The position numbers and the translations under genes were made by a program. The notes below the pieces were generated by a model. That model was not told the origin of the DNA, searched no databases, and was given only the letters and a program-made list of their open reading frames with translations. Of a DNA stretch of 64,000 bases, positions 1 to 9,141 are shown in pieces (position 1 is the first letter of the stretch; every line of letters starts with the position of its first letter). This DNA is from Candidatus Poribacteria bacterium (lineage in GTDB: Bacteria > Poribacteria > WGA-4E > WGA-3G). The stretch is taken from assembly GCA_963665235.2 (NCBI GenBank), contig CAXXLX010000001.1:4064001-4128000 (forward strand), written 5' to 3'.

Positions 1-1069
1 GGGTGACTGCTTCAGCAAAGGCTACCGGCGCATCGGCGATAAAAATTTCTTCACCGTCTCGGAGTGCTAACCCCTCCGCACCGACCGAGGTTGAGACAAT
101 CGCTTTACCCATCGCCAACGCTTCAAGGATTTTGAGACGTGTGCCGCTCCCAATACGCAACGGCACTACAAATACGGTGGTCTCTTCAAAGTAGGGTTTG
201 ATATCCGGTACACGGCCCGTAACAACAATTCCTTCCCTATCCGCTAATTTCTGCACCCGTTTCGATGGATTTCCACCGACAATTGAGAATTTGACATCCG
301 GCACCTTCTCCTGAATCTTGGGGAACACGTCATCGGCAAAAAATGAGACCGCGTCTTCATTCGGATACCAATCCATACTACCAATATAGATGAGGTGTGC
401 AGCTGCCTCACGGGCAAAGTTAGGTTGGTAATGCGTTACATCCACGCCGTTCGGGACGATTTCAATGTTTCCGCTACTTTGCAAGAGATGCCGTTCAAAA
501 ACAGCCCGGTCAATATCGGATGTGCACGTAACTGCTGCAAACTTCGGCGTCATAACCCGTTCATAACGTTGAAATGCAAGTTGTTGTGTCCAATAGACAC
601 ATTTATAGAAGGGATTTGTAGTTTCGGCGCAGAGCCGCCGCCAGATAGCGGAATCAACGTTTTGCTGTGAAAGCACCCCGGGCAAACGTGTCTCTGTATG
701 AAATTGGGCGGTGTGCAACATTTCATAGTGGACCAGGTCAAAAGTGTCGGTTTCTATTAGTGTTCTGAATTTGTGCCGATAGGCGGGTAGATTGTAACGT
801 GCAACGGTGATAGGATACCGTTTGAAAAAAGCAGTGGCAAGGGTGCCGAACGATACGCGCGGAAGCGTCTGTGCATTCGGAACGAGGTGTACCTGAATGC
901 CTAGCTGCTGTAGCTCCGCAACGCCTTCCGCATCTGTCGGTTGCGTCTCTAGGGCGAGCAGGGTGACATCACATTTCTGCGCGAGCTGTTTGAGGAGGTT
1001 AAAAACCCGAATTCGTCCACCATCGGTGAGTGGAAAAGGTACGGTGGGGGATAAAAATAGAATCTTCAT
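1..1069 (-). CDS. Glycosyltransferase family 4 (GT-B fold), 3' end runs off the window
   Basis: Missing from the ORF track; manual translation from ATG at 1069 gives MKILFLSPTVPFPLTDGGRIRVFNLLKQL...IVPNGVD...YIGSMDWYPNEDAV...VVPLRIGSGTRLKILEALAMGKAIVSTSVGAEGL, typical GT4 motifs. Confidence 0.9.
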   Translation of the reverse strand, partial: MKILFLSPTVPFPLTDGGRIRVFNLLKQLAQKCDVTLLALETQPTDAEGVAELQQLGIQVHLVPNAQTLPRVSFGTLATAFFKRYPITVARYNLPAYRHKFRTLIETDTFDLVHYEMLHTAQFHTETRLPGVLSQQNVDSAIWRRLCAETTNPFYKCVYWTQQLAFQRYERVMTPKFAAVTCTSDIDRAVFERHLLQSSGNIEIVPNGVDVTHYQPNFAREAAAHLIYIGSMDWYPNEDAVSFFADDVFPKIQEKVPDVKFSIVGGNPSKRVQKLADREGIVVTGRVPDIKPYFEETTVFVVPLRIGSGTRLKILEALAMGKAIVSTSVGAEGLALRDGEEIFIADAPVAFAEAVT

Positions 1070-1121
1070 TTTTAAACGAAAATAATGAACCCCCTAGGTG
1101 CACGAAATTGTTTCGATACGA

Positions 1122-2228
1122 TTACTCGGGGACAGCCTCTTCGGTTTCATTCTTTTCATCCTCCCGCCCTATTTTCTCTTTTATTTTATCAACGAATGTG
1201 AGCAGCCGCTTTTTAGCGAGTTGGCGTGAACTGAGTACTGGCGGTGGCGGGTGGATAATAGTGCCGCGTTCCCGTTGGACCCAACCTTTTAAGTTTGCGT
1301 CCCCCCGGATGAGGAGCCACTCACTGTCAAGTTCGAGATAGACCTGCAACCGCACCTCTCCTTTCCGGATGCTATATTTCAGAGGGGAATCGCTTATGAA
1401 CCAACTGATTCCATCTGGTCCCGCTGTGAGTTTGGCATTCAGCGATAAAGGTATTTTCAGATTCTCAAATTCCTTCCGCAATTCATCGGAGAATTTTCCT
1501 TCGGCTAGGGCCGTCTGCGATGCTACATCGACCTTAAATAGCTCTGTCACAATTGGATACTTGGATTGCTGGTAGACAGCTAGTTTTTGAGGGCCATTCC
1601 TGATTTCGTAAGTTTGCTTATATTTTTTATCCTTAAGCAACCACTGTTTTCCTTTTACCTCAATAGAGACTTCCAAATCATCGGAGAGTTGGATTCTGTT
1701 TATGTCAAATTGCTCGACGAGGTTGGGGAGATATACATCGAGATGGTTGCGAACGCGAACGACCGTATATCCAGCTCCATCACTATCTGTGAGGAGCCAC
1801 TCCTCACCAGTTAGCAATACCTTAATGGAGCCGGTGCTTGAACGAAACTGATTTTTTTCTGTTAAATCGGCAAACATCTTTTTCCAATCAACGCCGGTTG
1901 CCAACGCTTTGTCGAGTTTTCCCTTTCTGAGCACAGCGCGATGCGCTAGGTCTGCACTAAACAGCAGATTCGGGGAAAACTGGTCACTGTTTAAGTTGCT
2001 GATATATTTCCGGTCGAGGTTAAAACGGTAAACATCTTTTGTCTTGGCAAACGGTCTTGAGTTGACTGTGGGCCGTTTACGAAATGAGGTGAGTGTGTGT
2101 ACCTGCAACTTCGGTGACCCTGGCTCCGGGACCGGGGGTGCTTGGAGGATATAGATGCAGAAGCAAAACCCGGTAACAAGGGTTGAAAGGATGGCTATCG
2201 TTAGGATTCTAATAATTATCTTTTTCAT
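1122..2228 (-). CDS. Membrane-anchored hypothetical protein with three internal repeats and a possibly split SH3b-like domain
   Basis: 368 aa ORF with N-terminal hydrophobic anchor; three W-x-(L/I)-x-D...Y-x-(I/V)...L-x-V-Y modules; FRKRPTVNS and WLLIR...KGWVQ halves. Confidence 0.7.
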   Translation of the reverse strand: MKKIIIRILTIAILSTLVTGFCFCIYILQAPPVPEPGSPKLQVHTLTSFRKRPTVNSRPFAKTKDVYRFNLDRKYISNLNSDQFSPNLLFSADLAHRAVLRKGKLDKALATGVDWKKMFADLTEKNQFRSSTGSIKVLLTGEEWLLTDSDGAGYTVVRVRNHLDVYLPNLVEQFDINRIQLSDDLEVSIEVKGKQWLLKDKKYKQTYEIRNGPQKLAVYQQSKYPIVTELFKVDVASQTALAEGKFSDELRKEFENLKIPLSLNAKLTAGPDGISWFISDSPLKYSIRKGEVRLQVYLELDSEWLLIRGDANLKGWVQRERGTIIHPPPPVLSSRQLAKKRLLTFVDKIKEKIGREDEKNETEEAVPE

Positions 2229-2288
2229 AATAGCGTGTGGAAAGTTCCACGATTTTACGGTTGATAAAATAACCGCTGCAAAAATTGG

Positions 2289-2317
2289 TTGACATTAAGT
2301 CGTTTGCGGGCCACAAT
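2289..2317 (+). promoter_or_regulatory. sigma70-type promoter upstream of the aminotransferase
   Basis: TTGACA-N17-CACAAT, about 40 bp before the ATG at 2360. Confidence 0.5.
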
Positions 2318-2359
2318 TAGTGTAAGTCTTATGCTATTTTAACACAAATTGGGAAAAAT

Positions 2360-3652
2360 ATGCAAGAATTAAATTCTTTAGCAGTTGAATTAAATGAACA
2401 GATTCGGGGAGCATCGCCGGAGGTTTTCTCGCTGCTCTCCAAATTGGGGCAGCGCATCTATCTACCGAAAGGTATTTTAAGCCAGAGCGCGGAAGCGAAG
2501 GTACAGGCGAGTCGGTTTAATGCAACGCGCGCGGTCGCGTTAGAATCCGGGCACCTAATGCATCTGGCTGCGTCGCGGCAGTTAATACCTGAACTTTCGC
2601 CTGAAGGCATCTACGGATACGCGCCGGTGCTCGGCAATCCGGAATTACGTCACGTCTGGCAAACCTGTCTACGTACTGAAAATCCGCTCCTATCAGCGGC
2701 CCCCTTGAGTCTTCCGATTGCAACAAGTGGTATGACACACGGCTTCAGTCTACTCGCAGAACTCTTTGTAGATAGCGGTGATATGCTTGTTCTGCCAGAT
2801 AAGAGTTGGGGAAATTACAAGCTCATTTTTCAGACAAAAGCGGGCGCGAATATCCAAACCTATCCCTTCTTCAACAACAGTAGACGTTTTAATATCGGTG
2901 GATTTCGGGAAATTCTCTCACAACAGAACAACACTAAATTGCTGATTCTTCTCAATTTTCCTCACAATCCGACCGGCTACTCGATTACGCGTGTCGAGGC
3001 AGAGCAAATTGTGGAGGCAATTGTGGCGCGTGCTGATGCTGGATGCCGTATCCTTGTGATGGTTGACGATGCCTACGCAGGGTTTTGGTACGATCCAGCA
3101 GTGATGCACGAATCTCTTTTCGGTTTGCTGGTAGGATGCCATTCGAATGTCGTGCCGGTGAAAATAGATGGTGCGACTAAAACGGAATATGCATGGGGTT
3201 TGCGCGTGGGATTTCTTACGTTCGGGCTTGAGGAGAAAGTGATGATGGGTATTGAGGAAAAGTTAAGCGGTCTTATCAGAGCAAATACCTCAGGGGCCGC
3301 GCAAATTGCTCAAACGCTTATTCTACAGGCGATGAAAACCCCAGGATATGCAGAACAGAAACGACGCAATTATGAAATTCTGAAGGCACGAGCGTTGAAG
3401 ATGAAACAGGTTGCATCGGATGCACAATATGCAGCGTTTTGGGAGGTGTATCCGAGTCATGCGGGGTATTTTCTGTGCCTTCGACTGAAATCAGGAGATG
3501 CGGAGCGGGTTCGGCAGCGGCTCCTTGCGGAGCACGGTATCGGCACAATTGCGCTCGGTGAAACGGAGTTGCGGGTGGCGTATTCATGTCTTGAGGAATC
3601 AGATATTGCGGATGTTTTCAGGGCAATTGCGGAGGTTATTCAATGGCTATAA
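2360..3652 (+). CDS. Class I/II PLP-dependent aminotransferase
   Basis: LNFPHNPTGYS, VDDAYAG, KIDGATKTEYAWGLRVG (PLP lysine), LRVAYS motifs. Confidence 0.9.
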   Translation: MQELNSLAVELNEQIRGASPEVFSLLSKLGQRIYLPKGILSQSAEAKVQASRFNATRAVALESGHLMHLAASRQLIPELSPEGIYGYAPVLGNPELRHVWQTCLRTENPLLSAAPLSLPIATSGMTHGFSLLAELFVDSGDMLVLPDKSWGNYKLIFQTKAGANIQTYPFFNNSRRFNIGGFREILSQQNNTKLLILLNFPHNPTGYSITRVEAEQIVEAIVARADAGCRILVMVDDAYAGFWYDPAVMHESLFGLLVGCHSNVVPVKIDGATKTEYAWGLRVGFLTFGLEEKVMMGIEEKLSGLIRANTSGAAQIAQTLILQAMKTPGYAEQKRRNYEILKARALKMKQVASDAQYAAFWEVYPSHAGYFLCLRLKSGDAERVRQRLLAEHGIGTIALGETELRVAYSCLEESDIADVFRAIAEVIQWL

Positions 3653-3823
3653 TGAAGTTTGGACAATTTTAGGGAGTGGGTAACGTTCTGGTCAAAGGGA
3701 TAGGTGGAAGGGTGGAAGAGTGGAAGAGTGGATTTGTCATGTGTTGTCAGAATCGCGGATTAGCGCGGATTTATCGGATTTCGCGGATTTTAAGCGTAAC
3801 GCTCTAAGTTTGTGAGTATAGGT

Positions 3824-3976
3824 TAACGTGAGCTTGATAATAAATGTCCGTTGGTTTCCCTAACCCCTATAAACATATCGTCCATACTGGACTAAGAGGA
3901 GGAGGGTAGAAACCCTCGCTTCTATAGACATATCGTCCATACTGGACTAAAGAAAACTTTTTCCAAACTCACGTTA
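3824..3976. mobile_element. MITE-like element carrying two CTATAAA...GTCCATACTGGAC palindromes
   Basis: Imperfect terminal inverted repeats TAACGTGAGCTTG / CAAACTCACGTTA; related copies start near 32633 and 56281. Confidence 0.55.
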
Positions 3977-3982
3977 TAGTAC

Positions 3983-4226
3983 TACCATTTTTATTAATTA
4001 TTCTATCATTACCGGTTGTTAGAAATGAAACGGAGAACGGAAGACACAAACTAAAAGTTTATGCTACGATAAAGCACACAAACTGGAAGTTTATGCTACG
4101 ATAAAGCACACAAACTGGAAGTTTATGCTACGATAAAGCACACAAACTGGAAGTTTATGCTACGATAAAGCACACAAACTGGAAGTTTATGCTACAATAA
4201 AGAGACATTTTCAATTAGAAATGGTA
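3983..4226. mobile_element. MITE (TACCATTT...AAATGGTA) containing five 32-bp GTAG-REP tandem units
   Basis: Terminal inverted repeats, TAC flanking duplication, internal (CACAAACTGGAAGTTTATGCTACGATAAAGCA)x5; same element at 13738-13909 and partial at 32780-33037. Confidence 0.75.
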
Positions 4227-4285
4227 TACGAACATAATGTGTTTACAGAGAACGGCACGGAAGCCGTTCCCTGTAAGATATGGGT

Positions 4286-4894
4286 TTATCTACGAGCCTT
4301 CAAGGCGGCCCAGGTGGTTGTGACTTTTCCATTGGGTTCGACAGGGGTTGGCAAGTCGCCGACGGTTTTCCGAAAATAGACATCATCTGCGACGTTATTC
4401 GGTCCTGCCCAGACCCAGAATGCGGTTGAGTCAGGGTCTTTCAACGTTTCGCGCATTGTGTTCGCGCCAAATGCCCAGACCCCTTCGCCGAAGGGTGCAA
4501 GTTGGGTTGCGTTATCCCAATCGCTGTCGTCAAAATCAACCTTTTCCCATCCATCATTGCGTTCTGCAAGGGGTGCCCCTGCGTTAGCCTTCCATGTTTC
4601 ATCTGAAGGGATATAGGTGCCATCGTCAAGGATAACATCAAACAGGGCACCGCCGACTCCTGCGCCGCCGGGTTCCGCGTCGTGGACATACACGGCGATA
4701 ACGGCATACCCCTCAGACATTTCAAATTCGGTGACAGAGGCTTGTTGCCAATTATCGCCTTCGGCTACCTTTTCGCCGTTGACGAAACCGACCCAGGAGT
4801 TGTCGCCGTTGATTCGGAGGGTTGCCCCCCAGACACTTAAAGCCACTAAGGATAAAACGAAAACCAACATTGTTCGAATGATAATCTTTTTCAT
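4286..4894 (-). CDS. Secreted beta-sandwich (galactose-binding/lectin-like) protein with conserved C-terminal tail
   Basis: Signal peptide; GDN...VNG, GW..VDFDDSDW, W-V-W...VYFR motifs; ends PVEPNGKVTTTWAALKARR. Confidence 0.7.
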   Translation of the reverse strand: MKKIIIRTMLVFVLSLVALSVWGATLRINGDNSWVGFVNGEKVAEGDNWQQASVTEFEMSEGYAVIAVYVHDAEPGGAGVGGALFDVILDDGTYIPSDETWKANAGAPLAERNDGWEKVDFDDSDWDNATQLAPFGEGVWAFGANTMRETLKDPDSTAFWVWAGPNNVADDVYFRKTVGDLPTPVEPNGKVTTTWAALKARR

Positions 4895-4975
4895 GCAATT
4901 CTCCTTTATTTTTTTAATGATCGGATTTGACCAATCGTTAGTGTTACAAAAATTCAGCCCTTTTGTTTACTTGGG

Positions 4976-5611
4976 CTACTTGGACTCATTCTTAATACGC
5001 GCCCACGAGGTGGCGAGTTTGTCTTGAGGTTCAACGGGAAGTGTTCCGATAGTGTAACGGAAGTAGACATCGTCTTCGACATTGTTTGGACCACACCAGA
5101 CCCAATTTGCTGTGCAGTCAGGATTGTTGAGCGTTCCACGCATTGCGTCTGCGCCGAATCCCCATATTCCTCCGCCGAATTTTTCGTAAATTTGTAGTTC
5201 AGTTTCCCATTTACTGTCGTCAAAATTAACCTTTTCCCAGCCATCGTTTCGTTGGGCGATAGGTTTACCAGCCTCACATCGCCAGCCTTCCTCGCCTGTG
5301 CCAATATATTCAGGCTTATCATCAAGGATGATGTCAGCGAGGAATCCGCCGCTGCCGGCACCGCCCGGTTCCGCATCGTGAACATAGACTGCAATTACGG
5401 CGAAGCCATCTTTCAATGTGAATTCACTGGCAGTGGGGGCCTGCCAATTTGCGTTCTCAGCGACCTTTTCCCCATTCACGTAAACGATCCAGGAGTTATC
5501 GCCACTCACACGCACCGTTCCTTTTTTGGAAACAGCGTTTGTTGTTTGTATCAGAATTATGCTGCCTAACAACAGTAAAAGTGTTACACAGCCTATTAGC
5601 CGGTTGTTCAT
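4976..5611 (-). CDS. Paralog of the 4286-4894 secreted lectin-like protein
   Basis: Shares AVIAVYVHDAEPGGAG, RNDGWEKV.FDDS.W and DDVYFR; ends PVEPQDKLATSWARIKNESK. Confidence 0.75.
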   Translation of the reverse strand: MNNRLIGCVTLLLLLGSIILIQTTNAVSKKGTVRVSGDNSWIVYVNGEKVAENANWQAPTASEFTLKDGFAVIAVYVHDAEPGGAGSGGFLADIILDDKPEYIGTGEEGWRCEAGKPIAQRNDGWEKVNFDDSKWETELQIYEKFGGGIWGFGADAMRGTLNNPDCTANWVWCGPNNVEDDVYFRYTIGTLPVEPQDKLATSWARIKNESK

Positions 5612-5648
5612 AAAAAACCTCCATTTTTTGTTTTAATTTCAGTACTTA

Positions 5649-6914
5649 TCAATTCCCAAATTCACGATAAAGTGAAAGCAGCCCATACGCAGTATTTTCG
5701 TTGAAAAGACACCGCGCGTAGGGCTCGTAGGGTCTGTACTGTTGGTTGAAATACGTAATCAGTGCCTGCTGTGCAGGTTCAACCTTACGATTTTCAATTG
5801 CCTCACATAAAATGCAATACGGCAGCCATTGCCGCAACTGATTGTGAAATATGAGTTCCGCATCGGTTTGCGTTGTAACATAAACCTTGCCTAACGGGGT
5901 GAGTGCATAAGTGACACGTCGCCCTTTCCTCCGTTTAGACACAAAGCCAAGGAGGATGAGATTGTCTAATGCTTTCCGTACGCCTGTCTCTCCTGTCTTC
6001 CAATTTTGTGTCTGTAGCCACGCCTGAATCGCCTGAAGTGGTTGGTTTTCACATGCCTCAACTGCGTCTGCGGTGATTTTCATTGCGCCATAGACACGCG
6101 CGGAATAACCGAGCAGGCTATCTTCTAATTGCCACGCCTCCCATAAACTCAACTCGGATTTACGGTCAGCGATATAGCGAACCGCCTCCGTTTCCTGTAC
6201 ATAGTGGAAGTGCCCATTGCCGAATTGCGTTTGTGCCACCGACAACCCGGGTAAACGCCGTATCCATCTTTCAAGTTCATCAGGAAAACTGACAAATTCA
6301 GGAAATCCCTTAACCGGTGCGCCGTAACGGAGCTTATTGCCGACTCTCATTTGACTGCCCGTAGTGCTGATGATGCAATCGTCTTGGAGTTCAAAAGCAT
6401 CTAACAGGACAGATGCACTTCCAGTACCGATGCGGGCTAAGACATGTGGTCGCAGTGCCTTCCAATCAATTAGTAGAATTTTCAAGGACATTTCCCGTTT
6501 CTGCCACCTATAAACACTTTCGTCAAACCCGTTGAGAGATACACAGACAATTCCATCACATCCGAGGTCATTCGCTGCTTGTATCCGGCGTTCGACACGT
6601 AAATCCTGAATTGAGGCGGGCCGTTTCTCAAAGAACTTCGCTTCTAATAGGTATCGGTCTGAACCGTCCCACAAAATTCCATCACATTGATAGAGCGTAC
6701 CGGATTCTCCGTAAAGACAACTCGACCACTCTTTGACCTCTAAGCTGCGAACGGAGTTGTAGTAGCTAAGGATTAGGTGTTCGAAGGCGTTTCCACGTTT
6801 TGAGGGGGATGTCGGTAAAGCAATTTTGGGTGCGGTCTCCCCTTTCGGCACAGCTGGTACGTCCCCCTCGTTCAGTATAGTAAAGGCAGTAGGTTGTGCG
6901 TAGATAAAGGTCAT
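5649..6914 (-). CDS. PD-(D/E)XK (Mrr-like) endonuclease with C-terminal winged-helix region
   Basis: RGNAFEHL...YQCDGIL...YLLEAKF...IVCVSLNGF pattern; C-terminal GVRKALDNLILLGFVSK...YALTPLG winged-helix signature. Confidence 0.65.
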   Translation of the reverse strand: MTFIYAQPTAFTILNEGDVPAVPKGETAPKIALPTSPSKRGNAFEHLILSYYNSVRSLEVKEWSSCLYGESGTLYQCDGILWDGSDRYLLEAKFFEKRPASIQDLRVERRIQAANDLGCDGIVCVSLNGFDESVYRWQKREMSLKILLIDWKALRPHVLARIGTGSASVLLDAFELQDDCIISTTGSQMRVGNKLRYGAPVKGFPEFVSFPDELERWIRRLPGLSVAQTQFGNGHFHYVQETEAVRYIADRKSELSLWEAWQLEDSLLGYSARVYGAMKITADAVEACENQPLQAIQAWLQTQNWKTGETGVRKALDNLILLGFVSKRRKGRRVTYALTPLGKVYVTTQTDAELIFHNQLRQWLPYCILCEAIENRKVEPAQQALITYFNQQYRPYEPYARCLFNENTAYGLLSLYREFGN

Positions 6915-6948
6915 ATTTGTGTCTAAAATGTCTTCAAATATTGTCGGT

Positions 6949-7842
6949 TTATTTTAGTGCTAACCTTCCAGCGAGGTCGGTGACAAACTGATAGGCGACG
7001 CGTCCCGAACGTCCACTTGACGTTGCCTCCCATTCCAATGCCATCCGGTGTAGCTCCGCAGTGGGGAGGGTAAGTCCGCGTTTTTGGGCATAATGGGAAA
7101 CAATCTGCAAATACGTGTTTTGTGAAATTCTATAAAAAGCGAGCCGTAGTCCAAAACGGTCGCTCAACGAAACCTTTTCTTCTGTTGCCTCGCGTGGGTA
7201 GAGTTCATCCTCCTCGTTTTGCGGGTACCGATTTTCTCGTACCTGTCGTGGCATTAAATGCCGTCGATTTGAGGTGGCATAGACCAGGACGTTGTCTGGG
7301 CATGCTGAAATGCCTCCTTCCAGTATCGCCTTCAGTTCGCGATATTCAGGTTCGTCTTCGCTAAAGGCGAGGTCATCACAAAACAGGATATAGTATTCAG
7401 GCCGTTCCCACAGTAGCTCTGCGATTTCTTGTAAATGTATAAGTCCCTCTTTACCGAGCCCGATTAACCGAAGTCCATCGTCAGCGTAGCGATTCAGCAT
7501 GGCTTTGATGAGAGAGGATTTCCCTGTGCCGCGGTCGCCCCACAGCAGGACGTGGTTTGCCGGCACGTTTTGTAAAAACTGACGGGTGTTCCGGTCTAAT
7601 GCTGCGTATTGTGCATCTAGCCCAATTAGGTCTGTGCTCTCAACAAGATGTGGATGTTTAACGGGTACAATGTGCCCCGTGCCGTTTCGGGTTCGCCACT
7701 GAAAAGCGATGTAGTTATCCAAATATTCGGCGAGCGTGTTTGCTGGGTGTACGTTCAAGCGGTTCAACACGTTATCGGCTTTTTGAAGCAGCTGCTCAAA
7801 AAGTGGTAAGATATTATCTAGCTCCCGGTTTTTCTCAGACAT
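6949..7842 (-). CDS. DUF815-family AAA+ ATPase
   Basis: LLWGDRGTGKSS Walker A, LFCDDLAF, LKAILEGG, YATSNRRHL, EEKVSLSDRFGL, RSGRVAYQF; start taken at MSEKN. Confidence 0.9.
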   Translation of the reverse strand: MSEKNRELDNILPLFEQLLQKADNVLNRLNVHPANTLAEYLDNYIAFQWRTRNGTGHIVPVKHPHLVESTDLIGLDAQYAALDRNTRQFLQNVPANHVLLWGDRGTGKSSLIKAMLNRYADDGLRLIGLGKEGLIHLQEIAELLWERPEYYILFCDDLAFSEDEPEYRELKAILEGGISACPDNVLVYATSNRRHLMPRQVRENRYPQNEEDELYPREATEEKVSLSDRFGLRLAFYRISQNTYLQIVSHYAQKRGLTLPTAELHRMALEWEATSSGRSGRVAYQFVTDLAGRLALK

Positions 7843-7893
7843 AGTTCCATCAATCGCTCCCTTGGAGAGCATTTCGGATGAGCCGCCCCTGCC

Positions 7894-8094
7894 TTATTTA
7901 TCAGGGGAGCTAAAAAATTGTTTCAGCCACGTGCCGAACTCGGAATCTCTGGTAATGTCTTTCAACACCCACGTGAATCCCCATCTTATTCCCAGTGCAA
8001 TACCAACCCCGAGCAGGACTGCTCCTAACAGGGCTCCTGATATGTAAAGGAATATTATTATGACAAACTCCATAAGACCTGTCCCGAACATCAT
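7894..8094 (-). CDS. Small membrane protein
   Basis: AAGGAGGG RBS before MMFGTGLMEFVIIIF; long hydrophobic stretch. Confidence 0.55.
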   Translation of the reverse strand: MMFGTGLMEFVIIIFLYISGALLGAVLLGVGIALGIRWGFTWVLKDITRDSEFGTWLKQFFSSPDK

Positions 8095-8183
8095 GAATAC
8101 CCTCCTTGCATCGTATAGCGGCGCGGACACCGCTGCTTCTATAAACATATCGCGACTAGCGATTGGCAATAGGTTTTTATAGA

Positions 8184-8213
8184 ATTATATCGCTTTTCTG
8201 CTTTCTATGTCAA
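8184..8213 (-). promoter_or_regulatory. sigma70-type promoter
   Basis: TTGACA-N18-TATAAT on the minus strand. Confidence 0.55.
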
Positions 8214-8304
8214 CAAAATTTTTGTGTTGGTTATCAGCAGATCGTTCAGCTGACAATAGACAAATATTCCTCCGACTGTTGACAACCGATAGGCATCTGC
8301 GTTT

Positions 8305-9114
8305 TCACTGTGCAAATTTTCTCAGATGTCCCCATGTTATTGCAAGTTTGCCTGCCGGCACTACTGCAAGGGGCCCGCCAAACTTCAAAGTTCCAAGGTT
8401 CGCTGAATCATCTGGATTCAAGCCGTACCAATTCATGAACACAAGCTTCTTCCTTTTTTCTGGGTCATCCGTTCCCTCTTCATATCCGGGTGTGAACCCG
8501 ATTTCGGTGCCCCGCTTGACTTTGATGTCTGTGAGTCCTGTGAACGGCATGGCGATTTCATAAATGGTGCCGCCTTTTCCTAATTCAGGCGTTAGCACAA
8601 TGGCGAGCTTGGAGTCAAGGAGGTCCGCCTTTTTATCGGCACTGAAGTCAGAAATCAGGGGTTGATTTTTGATAAGGGCGAAGTTAGGTTTGCTTGCAGG
8701 CTATCCTACGCCCAATTTCTCCCAATCAATGTATAAAAAAATGGTATCGCCTTTCCACGGCTGTGCGGCATCTGGCGAGGGGAAAAAAGCATCATCGCGG
8801 ACCGCTGCGGCGAAATAGAAATTTTTTGCATCATACATCGTTGCCCACGTCATCGAGAGGTCGTCCTTCCCTTGCCATACGTCCTTTCCGCGCAGGAGCT
8901 CCCTTTCTGTATCAAAGGTAACCCAGACAGCGTGTTGCCAATCGCCAAGTTTTCCATCAATTTTGGGGGGATTTGGCGTTAGACCCGTGATAGATTCGCC
9001 ATATTCTAGTCCAAATGCGTCGCTGTTGTCTTGTGGCAAGAAGTCAGCATTTGCTGCAAAAACGAGTAACAGTCCAAAAATTGCGGTTAAAATTATCGGT
9101 TTCATGATTTTCAA
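8305..9114 (-). pseudogene. Secreted CBM9/DOMON-like sugar-binding protein interrupted by one in-frame TAG
   Basis: ORFs 8701-9114 and 8305-8598 are in frame; reads ...EKLGVG*PASKPNFAL...; PKIDGKLGDW, YDAKNFYFAAAVRDD, YEIAMPF motifs; ends AVVPAGKLAITWGHLRKFAQ. Confidence 0.75.
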
Positions 9115-9141
9115 TTCAACTCCTTTGATAGTGTCAGTTCG

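Noticed and set aside
8701-8703. Alternative genetic code (TAG reassigned)
   Set aside because: TAG ends other genes at positions matching their paralogs' C-termini.
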